A DNA stretch of 64,000 nt from Octopus vulgaris (lineage: Eukaryota), in assembly GCA_951406725.2 (NCBI GenBank), contig OX597841.1, positions 10,540,001-10,604,000 on the forward strand, written 5' to 3'. The notes under the pieces are model-generated. The model was given only the letters and a program-made list of their open reading frames with translations, had not been told where the DNA came from and made no database searches. A program made the position numbers and the translations under genes. Below, one piece after another: positions 36,066 through 46,369 of this stretch. The first letter of the stretch is position 1. Every line of letters starts with the position of its first letter.

Positions 36066-37929
36066 CCACAATTGCTCGCAACGTCAGCTGTAGTCCCTGC
36101 ACCACAATCTGCGCATCCGTAACCCCTTCGCAGTGCACTTCTCTTCCGTCGACTGCCCTAACACTGCTTCCTCCACTCCACGTGGAGTGGAGGAAGCAGT
36201 GTTAGGGAGTGGAGGAAGCAGTGTTAGGGCAGTCGACGGAAGAGAAGTGCACTGCGAAGGGGTTACGGATGCGCAGATTGTGGTGCAGGGACTACAGCTG
36301 ACGTTGCGAGAAATTGTGGTTGGTCACTTGGTGGACGAGATTGACGTGATGATGGGGATGGATGCAATCACCCGCTTGGGAGGTGTCACCGTCAACGAGG
36401 CTGGCGTCACGTTTGGGTTAGCGGGGAAACCGTGTAGGGCGAGACCACGCACCGACGACAAGCGTGAAGAAAAGGATGCGGCGCACACCATTGAAGACCA
36501 GGATTTTCGGGTTGTCTTTGATGGCAAGAGGTGGACAGTGGAGTGGCACTGGAAGGGAGAGCCCCCGATGTTAAAGAATAAAGTGGGCTGCTAGCAGCAT
36601 ACTCTAAAAGGAGATGCCAGAAGTGAGTTCGAGGGGGAAGTGGAGCGGTGGATTAAGGAGGGCATACTGATCCCTTGGGAAAAAGAAGAGAGCGGAGTCC
36701 TGCCACTGATGGCGGTGATACAGCCCACAAAGCATAAGGTCAGGCCAGTGCTTGACTTCCGAGAGCTGAATGACCACGTGTCGTGTCATACAGGCGGCGA
36801 GGCCACGTATGTCTGCGGAGACACCTTGCGAGAGTGGAGGCAGACGGCGGGGGCCTCCACGATTGTCGATTTAAAGTCGGCATACCTTCAGGTGCATGTG
36901 GTTGAGAAATTATGGAAGTACCAGCTCGTCAGGTATAGGGGCCGGACGTACTGTCTGACCAGGTTGGGATTCGGGCTGAATTCAGCGACGAAGATTATGG
37001 CAACAATTCTCAAGGCAATCCTGGGGAAGGTGGACAGAGTAAAAAGGGCCACCAATTCATACATCAACGACATTCTGGTGGATGCCACTTCCGTAGTCAT
37101 CAGGGTCGTTGTACAGCCCGTGTCCACCAGGGCTCGCGACATCTTCCCCTTCACCAGAATGTCGACCACAGGTAGCGATGATAAACGCGCCGCTACTAAT
37201 CCAAAGGGACGACTACCGGCGCAGTAGTCTCCCGCGGTCCGTTTCCCTGCAGACACTCGCTGGCTACATGCCCTGGCTCTCGACACCGGTAGCAAATCAC
37301 CTCAGGCTTGGGCGACGCGCAGTCACGGACCATGTGTGGACCTTGGCACCGGAAACACTGTCCTATGAACAGTCGCACACGTTCTTTCCTCAGCCCCTCT
37401 CCGCTGCTCCTAGCTGGGCCACTTTTCGACGTTACAGTCGCTGCTACCGACGTCAACCTGCTGGACGAAACCAGTACACGTGCCCGCGACATGATATCGG
37501 CCATCGGCATCGAACGCACGTTCGGGAGCTTCTGTAGCTCGACCGACATGATGTCGGGAAAGCCGGTCACGAACAGCTAACCTAATCGTCCGTTCTAGCG
37601 ACTCTCCTGTGGGATGACGTCAGCAGCAGGACGTCAGCCAGCGGGGTGCGTTGACCGGAAGCTGGGGCAAGCGGAAGGGGTCAGCCGTCAAGCGCGCGCA
37701 GTTGATCTTTCCAACGTGGGTTGACAAGACGTGCGAGGTGACAAGACGTGCGAGGTGACAAGACGTGACAAGACGTGCGAGGAAGTCGCTAAAGGGTTTG
37801 GGGCTAGCAGCTGCTATCGTTAGTGTTCGGGTAGGGGCTGTGAGGAAGGACCAGCCATCTCGGGAGGATCTCCGTCACCACGAAGAGAAGGTAGGTGCCT
37901 CTATATTCAAATCGCACACACTCACTACA

Positions 37930-37942
37930 AGCTATTTCGGCA
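37930..37942 (+). promoter_or_regulatory. Atypical primer-binding site AGCTATTTCGGCA (family B)
   Basis: Immediately 3' of the 5' LTR; reverse complement TGCCGAAATAGCT contains the tRNA-Phe 5' end. Confidence 0.8.
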
Positions 37943-37973
37943 GTTCGTAAACATTCACATTTTTTTCAACACG

Positions 37974-38738
37974 ATGTCTGCAAAAATTAGGATCGCCAGT
38001 GACGTCGTCAGACCTTTTAACGGCGAAGGCGATGTAGTGGCCTGGATTCAGAAAATCAGGCTGGTGGCGAGACTGCAGGGCATAAGCGACGTGGCGAGTC
38101 TTATGGCGCTGTATTTGGAAGGGAGTGCGTTGTCACTTTACCTAGAGATGGATGTCGAAGAACGGCTCTGCGATGAGAATATAGAGCGGCGCTTGTGTGA
38201 CGCATACACGGAATGCGAGTACACAGCTTTCGCTAAGCTAGGTGCAATCAGGTGGACGGGAGGCCAGGTGGATGATTTTGCATCGGAAGCTAGAAGGCTA
38301 GCGACTCTGGCCGGGTTTGCCGGAGAAGAACTGGAGAGAGCAGCCCGACTGGCGTTCGTGAATGGGTTCCCCGACGATGTAGGGATTCACCTACAACGAC
38401 TGCCCGGGGTCAAAAAGATGCCATTGAGCGAACTTGTAACTCATGCTCGCGCGTTGACGAGACACTCTGGGCGGAAGGCGATAGCGATGGCGGTGACGGA
38501 GGCGCGTAAAGACGGACGACGTCCCGAGAAAGAGGTACAGAAGCCCACCGTGCAACGAGAGCGGCCGTTCTCAGGACGGTGTTTTAGATGCCAGGGACCG
38601 CACATGGCGCGGGACTGTACGCAGCCGGGGCCCGTTTGCTATCGATGCAGGCAGACAGGGCACATTGCCCGTGATTGCGGCCGGGGAAACGACCGCGGGG
38701 AAGTTGCTGCCTCTCGAACTTTCCCCTCAAACGAGTAG
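37974..38738 (+). CDS. gag: Gag (254 aa) with two zinc knuckles
   Basis: CFRCQGPHMARDC and CYRCRQTGHIARDC; homologous to family A gag. Confidence 0.92.
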   Translation: MSAKIRIASDVVRPFNGEGDVVAWIQKIRLVARLQGISDVASLMALYLEGSALSLYLEMDVEERLCDENIERRLCDAYTECEYTAFAKLGAIRWTGGQVDDFASEARRLATLAGFAGEELERAARLAFVNGFPDDVGIHLQRLPGVKKMPLSELVTHARALTRHSGRKAIAMAVTEARKDGRRPEKEVQKPTVQRERPFSGRCFRCQGPHMARDCTQPGPVCYRCRQTGHIARDCGRGNDRGEVAASRTFPSNE

Positions 38739-41556
38739 AGGCGCTATTGGAGACGCTGCCATTGATTGACGTGGAGGCCGAGGGGGAGACGTTCAAGGCC
38801 CTTGTGGATACGGGCTGTACGACCACCCTGGTGACTTCGAGGGTGACGAAGGAATGGAACGGGGTGTGTAGTGTCCGGGCGGTCGACGGCAGCGAAATCC
38901 GTTGCAGAGGCAGCAGCAAGGTAGAGATAGTGGTGCGCGGCGCGACGCTAAGGCTACAGGCAATTGTGGCCGAACGCGTGATAAATGGAGTTGATGTGGT
39001 GATGGGGATGGACGCCATCAACTGCCTCGGTGGCGTCAGTGTTGTGGGAAATGAGGTCACGTTCGGAAGCGTGGGGGCGTCGTGCACTGCGAGTCAGGAT
39101 CGCCAGAGGGAGCAGAGCCCCACGAGGGACTGCGCCGCTTACACCATCGAGGACAAAGACTTCCAGACGGCGTTCGATGGTCAGCGGTGGACGATAGAGT
39201 GGAAATGGAAGGACGAGCCCCCGACACTGGAGAACAGGGTGAGCTGTTACCAGCATACCCTGAAAGGCCACGCCAGGGTTGGGTTTGAAGACGAGGTGGA
39301 GAGGTGGATCGAGGAAGGGGTCCTTGTCCCTTGGAAGGAGGAGGTAGCGGGCGGAGTGCTACCCCTGATGGCGGTGGTGGTGCAGCCTACGAAGGGAAAA
39401 GTCAGACCGGTGCTGGACTTCAGGGAGCTAAACCAGCACATATCGTGTCACACGGGAGGTGAGGCGACAGACGTTTGTGGTGAGGCATTACGTAAGTGGA
39501 GACAGTCGACTGAGGCAGCGACGATTGTCGACTTGAGATCGGCATACTTGCAGCTCCATGTGAGCGACAAACTATGGCGATATCAGCTGGTGCGGTACAA
39601 GGGCCGGACGTACTGTCTAACCAGGCTGGGTTTCGGGCTGAATTCCGCTCCGAAGATCATGGCGGCAGTGCTTAGGTCCGTCCTAGGGAAAGACGGCAAG
39701 ATTAGGAAGGCCACCAGCTCCTACATTGACGACATTTTGGTGGACGAAACTGTAGTGCCAGCCGACGAGGTAGTGAGACATCTGGAGAAGTTCGGACTGG
39801 TTGCTAAGCCACCGGAGTCGATTGAAGGGGGAGCCGCGCTGGGGCTGAAGCTGCGAAGAGATAGATCAGGTGAATTGGTGTTCTGGAGAGGAAATGAAAT
39901 CCCAGAGCTGAGTTCCAGCGTCAGCAGGAGAGAGCTGTTCTCGGTGTGTGGGAAGTTGGTCGGTCACTACCCGATCGCTGGATGGCTGCGCACGGCGTGT
40001 AGTTACACCAAGAGACGAGCAGAAGGAGAGAGGTGGGGCGACAAGGTGGGAGAAGGGACGGTGGCGATGATGCAGGAGATCCTAGAGAGGACAAGAGCGG
40101 AAGACCCGGTCAGGGGAACTGGTACGTGCCCAAGACGAAATGCGGGACCGTCTGGTGTGATGCTAGCAGTATAGCGATAGGGGTGGTGTTGGCAATCGAA
40201 GGCACTGCGGTGGAGGACGCGGCCTGGCTTCGGAAAGCAGACGATTTCAACCACATCAATGTCGCCGAATTAGACGCGCTGCTGAAAGGGGTGAACTTGG
40301 CCTTGAAATGGGGGCTGCGCACGATTGAAATGCGGACGGATTCGGCCACTGTGCTTGGCTGGGTAGGATCGGTGATCACCGGTGACAGGAGAGTGCGGAC
40401 GAAAGGTGCTGCGGAGATGTTAGTGAAGCGCCGTCTAGGAGTTCTAGGTGAATTGATCGCCGAATTCGGACTGAAGCTGAACGTGGTCTTCGTGCCTTCG
40501 GAGAAAAACAAGGCGGACGTACTGACCAGGATGAAAAGGGCGTGGTTGGAAGAACCGGAGGAGGCCCGGAAAGGGATAGCTGCGGCGTGTCGGTTGGATG
40601 ACTCTGAACTGAAGAAACTGCACGCTATGCATCACCTGGGTGTGGACAGGACCCTGTATCTGGCGAAGAAAATTGATGCTGACGTCACTAGGAGAAGCGT
40701 CCGGAAGGTGGTCGGGAGCTGCGACAGGTGTCAGTCCATCGACCCTGCTCCGTGTGGGCATGAACAGGGAAGCCTTTCCGTGGAGCAGAACTGGAAAAGG
40801 CTAGCTGTGGATGTGACACACTACCGTCAGCGAATGTACCTCTCCATGGTCGACTGTGGGCCGGGCCGGCTGGCCATTTGGAGGGAGTTGAGATCGGGCA
40901 TTGCTGACGAGATCGTGCAGATCCTGAACGGGATATTTTTAGAGAGAGGTCCCGTGGAAGAACTACTGATGGACAACGGGGCGGCGTTTCGTTCGGAAGC
41001 ATTGAGGGTTATGCTTGATCGGTGGAACGTGCGACGCTTGTTCAGAGCAGCGTATAGGCCGGGCGGTAACGGGATCGTGGAGAGGTACCATCGGACAGTC
41101 AAGGCCATAGCGGAAAGAGGGCATATTTCGCCGCTTGAAGCAGTTTTTTGGTACAACTTGTCTCCCCGATCCGGACAGGCTGAGGAATCTGTGCCGCAGA
41201 GAGCTGTGTTCAAATATGAATGGAGGCACCCGAGCAAAGCGCCAGAGGGTCACGAGGAAGAGAAGGGACCCGTTCGCGTGAAAATAGGGGAGGAAGTCTG
41301 GGTCAAGCCACCAAAGGCGCGCTGTACGTCTCAATGGAGCAGAGGAACGGTGACGGCGATCAATTCCAGAAGCAACGTATCCGTAGATGGCACACCACGA
41401 CATGTCTTGGACCTTCGCAGGATTGTTGCTTCGACGGACGATGATTCGGGAGAGGGGGAGAGTGAGGAGCCCAGCTTGAGAAGATCTCGACGAGCAAGGC
41501 GTTCTCCCGGTTGGATGGTAGACTACAACATGGAGCGGAGAGATTGTGATCTTTAA
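38675..41556 (+). CDS. pol: Pol (protease-RT-RNase H-integrase), one frameshift at ~40115
   Basis: ALVDTG, YIDD, WCDAS, HHLG..CDRC and DDE motifs in Gypsy order; the G-run at 40113-40116 is one base short relative to the in-frame family A sequence (DPVRGSWYVP). Confidence 0.9.
38684..38742 (+). promoter_or_regulatory. -1 ribosomal frameshift signal (G GGA AAC plus H-type pseudoknot)
   Basis: Slippery heptamer in gag frame with pol in the -1 frame; stem 1 38697-38705/38717-38726, stem 2 38709-38714/38737-38742. Confidence 0.8.
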
Positions 41557-41988
41557 GATCAGGGTGGCGTGTGGGATGACGTCAGCAGCAGGATGTCAGC
41601 CAGCGGGGTGCGGCAAGCGGAAGGGGTTAGCCGTCAAGCGCGCGCAGGGGGCGGAAGTTGACCTTTCCAACGTGGGTTGTGCTGGTGACAAGACGTGCGA
41701 TGAAGTCGCTAAAGGGTTTGGGGCTAGCAGCTGCTATCGTTAGTGTTCGGGTAGGGGCTGTGAGGAAGGACCAGCCATCTCGGGAGGATCTCCGTCACCA
41801 CGAAGAGAAGGTAGGTGCCTCTATATTCAAATCGCACACACTCACTACACTCCCTCATAACCCGCCAATTTAGCCAGTCTTCTAAGCTCATTGGCAAACA
41901 CGTCCACCTGTTGCCCAGTCCATCTCATTCTCCCCAAGCCCCACTTCCGCTCTCCCCCATCCGTCACACTCCTTCACCACACACCACA

Positions 41989-42225
41989 GTGTGTTTATGG
42001 TTTATGAGCAAAACACATAAGCACCACGTGGCTCCGGCAGAAGGTAATGAAATAGTTAACTTTCGCTGATTCTTTCGCCACAACTTCCTCTCACACTTTC
42101 CTCCTGCATCTAGCAGCTCACATGCGAGAGACCGGTATCCTGTCCAGGTAGGGAACCTATACGCCAATGAAAGAGGGAAACCGACCCTCATGAGCCAGGC
42201 ATGACTCGAGAAGGAACAAAAAATA
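41989..42225 (+). mobile_element. 3' body of the interrupted family-3 SINE
   Basis: Resumes with GTGTG after the LTR remnant and ends in an A-rich tail; body assignment is by inference. Confidence 0.55.
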
Positions 42226-43044
42226 GTGTTTAAGCAGAATATCGAACATCTAATGAAGAATTTATTTTGCTTTACTATAAAAAAAAATCTCTTAAAAAGA
42301 TCTTCAAACAGTTTAATAGCAACAGACAATATTTTTCATATTCATTTAAATACTTACCATGTTTATAAGTATATTTTCTTGACACACGAATGATTATAAC
42401 TTGAGGAAGCAGTATTTCGTTTCCATCATCTTTATTATTTAACGTCACATTCTTTACTTTCTCACTATTTATAATAAAATATATTATTGAATGTATTGCG
42501 AGTGAGGTATATGTTTCTGGTTGGAACCCCCAGGTTTTCTCTCCTGAAATGGCCTGGTTAACAGTTCATCCGGGTACAGGAATGCTACCGGAAACCTTGT
42601 CACTATGTTATGCTACCAACCAGCATGTTAGATTGGGTGCTTAAGAACTCAAAGGTGCATAAAACAACCTCACAAACATCAAAAACAAGCTGAAGATGTC
42701 TGTTACTTCACCCTAGTCTCCAGATGTCTGGGTATGCCCCCTGGCGCACACATTCCCTGGCCTCTAATCACCGAGAAAGGTTGAAAGAGACTGAAGAGTT
42801 TTCAAACCAAATCTCACGAAAAAAAAAAAAAAAACGTCAACGATATTGTGACGTCATAAACACAATATGGAAACAATTATATTACTTTGGATTAGAAAGT
42901 AGATGCTTCAATCTCATTCTCTGTCTGTCTTTCTGTCGCGCGCGCGCGCAGACACTCACAAACACACACGCAAATGCACACACACATACACACAATTATT
43001 CAAATTTATTCAATACACACATATGACATGTGTATGCGTTTGTG

Positions 43045-43940
43045 AGTATGTATGTATGTATGTATGTATGTATGTATGTATGTATGTATGTATGTATGTA
43101 TGTATGTTTGTATGTATGTATGTATGTATGTACGTATGCATGCATGTATTCATGTGTATGTATGTATGTGTGTATGTATGTATGTATGTATGCATGTATG
43201 TATGTACGTATGCATGCATGTATGGGTATGTATGTATGTATGTATGTATGTATGTATGTATGTATGTATGTATGTATGTATGTATGTATGTATGTACGTA
43301 TGCATGCATGTATGGGTATGTATGTATGTATGTATGTGTGTGTATGCATGTATGTATGTATGTATGTATGTATGCATGTATGTATGTATGTATGTATGTA
43401 TGTATGTATGTACGTATGCATGCATGTATGGGTATGTATGTATGTATGTGTGTATGTATGTATGTATGTATGTATGTATGCATGTATGTATGTATGTATG
43501 TATGGGTGTGTATGCATGTATGTATGTATTGCTTTACTACCCACAAGTATGTAAACATGTAGGGGACAAACATGTATGTATGTAGTATTATGTATGATTA
43601 TGTATGATCCAGTATGTAATGATGTATTATGTATTTATCGATGAATGTATGAAATGTATGGACCTCGTATGAATTTGTATGTATGTATGCATGATGAATG
43701 TATGTATGCATTTATGTGTATGTATGTATGTATGCAGTCGTATGTATGTATGATATGGGTATGTGTGTATGCATGTATGTATGGTGTGTGTATGTATGTA
43801 TGTATGTATGTACGTATGCATGCATGTATGTGTGTGTATGCATGTATGTATGTATGTGTGTGTATATACATGTATGTATGTATCTATGTGTGTATACATA
43901 TATAAATATATAATACATGCATGCATACATACATACATAC
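43045..43940. repeat. (TATG)n compound microsatellite
   Basis: Seen directly. Confidence 0.95.
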
Positions 43941-44750
43941 AGGAATAGACTTCGTAGTCATAAAACGAGACAGATGAGTGACAACCTGGCCACTGGGGGT
44001 GGTGTAACACACCATACTAATCATATCTGTCGGGCATGTGGAAGAGAGTGTAATTCGGCAGGAGGACTTAAACGACATGCAAAGGTACATGAAGCCCAGT
44101 TACAACTACAGCCGGCTATTACCGGTAAAGGTTTTAGCTGCCAATTCTGTACAAGACATTGTAGATCTTTAGCTGGGCTAAAAAGTCACATTCGATCACA
44201 GCACCAATAACAGTTAAGCTTCGTGCAATGGCCATACTCGATAACGAGGGGGCAGCCATAATGAGCCAATGAGGGAAACCTCTCTATATTAGGGTAGACC
44301 TGGCAGAAAAAGCAGCCAAACGTCCCTCCAAATCATACTCACTGACTTATGTGTGTATATATGCATGTATGAACAAATGTGAGAAACATCTATATGTAAG
44401 ACAGATCTGACAGAAATAGCAGCCAAAACTCCCTCAAATCGCCCCCTACTGTCTTCCGTATGTATGTATGTATGCATGAGCCAATGTGGTGTAACACACC
44501 ATACTAATCATATCTGTCGGGCATGTGGAAGAGAGTGTAATTCGGCAGGTGGACTTAAACGACATGCAAAGGTACATGAAGCCCAGTTACAACTACAGCC
44601 GGCTATTACCGGTAAAGGTTTTAGCTGCCAATTCTGTACAAGACATTGTAGATCTTTAGCTGGGCTAAAAAGTCACATTCGATCACAGCACCAATAACAG
44701 TTAAGCTTCGTGCAATGGCCATACTCGATAACGAGGGGAGCAGCCATAAT
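43941..44750 (+). mobile_element. Two copies of a LINE 3'-end fragment, probably RTE clade, encoding two C2H2 fingers
   Basis: ~44000-44262 duplicated at ~44487-44750; CRACGRECNSAGGLKRHAKVH and CQFCTRHCRSLAGLKSHIRSQH followed by a short UTR with a CTCG-ATAA-CGAG hairpin; second copy ends in (GTAT)n. Confidence 0.55.
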
Positions 44751-44751
44751 G

Positions 44752-44785
<34 letters not shown>

Positions 44786-45238
44786 TGTATGCATACACGT
44801 ATGCATGTATGTTTGTGTGTGTGTGTGCGTATATGAGTATGTCTATAGCATAATAATATATGCATACATATGCATATGTATTATATATTTATATATGTAT
44901 ACACACATAAATACATACATACATGTATATATATACACACACACATACACACATACATACATACATACGTACGTACGTACGTACGTACATAGAACATACA
45001 TAAACACACACACACACACATTTGTATACGTGCAATTATGTGAGGCGAGAATCCTGTTGTTAACCCAGAATCAGTGCAATCCGCTGCATGTTTTTGTCGC
45101 CGACAACTGAACTTGTGATTCTACCAGTTTAGTTGTCGGTGAGGGGGGTGATTTTCGACAACCGGCAAGACCATCCCCCACAGAGTCCCCTCCTCAAGAA
45201 CTATGAACGGACCAATAGAATCATGGTAATCCAATAAT

Positions 45239-45655
45239 TATTTCTTTACTACACCCAAGGAGTTAAACACAGAGAGGACAAACAAGGACAGACAAACTGA
45301 TTAAGTCGATTATATCGACCCCAGTGCGTAACTGGTACTTATTTAATCGACCCCGAAAGGATGAAAGGCAAAGTCGACCTCGGCGGAATTTGAACTCAGA
45401 ACGTAGCGGCGGATGAAATACCTATTTCTTTACTACACCCAAGGAGTTAAACACAGAGGGGACAAACAAGGATAGACAAACGGATTAAGTCGATTATAAC
45501 GACCCCAGTGCGTAACTGGTACTTAGTTTATCGACCCCGAAAGAATGAAAGGCAAAGTCGACCCCGGCGGAATTTGAACTCAGAACGCAGCGGCGGACGA
45601 AATACCGCAAGGCATTTTGGCCGGCGTGCTAACGTTCCTGCCAGCTCGCCGCCTT
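45239..45655 (-). mobile_element. Family-1 SINE dimer with 16-bp TSD
   Basis: TSD ATGGTAATCCAATAAT at 45223-45238 and 45656-45671. Confidence 0.88.
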
Positions 45656-45771
45656 ATGGTAATCCAATAATACTGGGGTACTACGCATATGGGGGTCGGC
45701 AAAATATTGCCAGTTGTGTGGTTTCAGATGCATGGCTTGAGTGGTAGGCAGAGGAAGAGTTGCTGTTCTCA

Positions 45772-45780
45772 ATATTAATA

Positions 45781-45817
<37 letters not shown>

Positions 45818-46050
45818 TGTGTACAGTGCTCAGGTGCACTACAACTCATCTAAAGTGTATATATAATCAGGTGTAGTTTCGACGGATTTCGGGAAGCATG
45901 AGGGCCTTAAAGGATGCAGTGTCATGGCAGTCAACAACTGATGCAGGCCGTTTATTCCACGCTTCAGCAACCCTGAGCGTGAAAAAATGTTTCCGAAAGT
46001 CATGGGAGCTGTGCTGTTTTCTGACTTTGTAGGCATGTGCACGTGTGTTA
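45772..46050 (-). mobile_element. 3' fragment of a second CR1-type LINE with (ATT)n tail
   Basis: Minus-strand translation TRAHAYKVRKQHSSHDFRKHFFTLRVAEAWNKRPASVV fits the CR1 ORF2 C-terminal pattern; trinucleotide tail 45772-45817. Confidence 0.7.
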
Positions 46051-46338
46051 TTGAACGAGAATGGTTAATTTGGAGAGCTTTTGCTGTTGTGTTCCTTCGT
46101 TTCATCCACTCATCTTTATCTTCTCATCTCTTTTTGTTTTAAACAGCTGCTCGCTCATCATTAAATTTGATCAAATAAACACACTACACGTGTGTGTGTG
46201 TGTGTGTGTGTGTGTATGATTATTTTTCTGTGACTGCGTTTGTATCAGTGATTTTGTGTCTGAGAGCGTATGTATTTAAGTCTGTGGATTGTGCGTGTAT
46301 GTGTATGCGTGTGCATGTTTGTATGTGTATGTTTGTGT

Positions 46339-46369
<31 letters not shown>

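Larger units (their letters stand above)
37608..41849 (+). mobile_element. Gypsy-like LTR retrotransposon family B, full length
   Basis: LTRs 37608-37929 and 41570-41849 (TG...CA); 4-bp TSD CTCC (37604-37607 / 41850-41853), confirmed by the empty site in family A copy 1 (~30341); PBS 37930-37942; PPT 41556-41569. Confidence 0.96.
33986..41988 (-). mobile_element. Gypsy-like family A, copy 2 (3' LTR 33986-34246; 5' LTR remnant ~41932-41988), internally rearranged and interrupted by family B
   Basis: LTR homologous to 30744-31013; PPT 34247-34260; frameshifted integrase and RNase H 34283-36065; inverted pro-RT 36182-37083; gag 37196-37607 continues at 41850. Confidence 0.9.

Noticed and set aside
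40105-40125. Second programmed frameshift inside family B pol
   Set aside because: Family A is in frame here; a single missing G in a homopolymer is better explained by mutation or consensus error.
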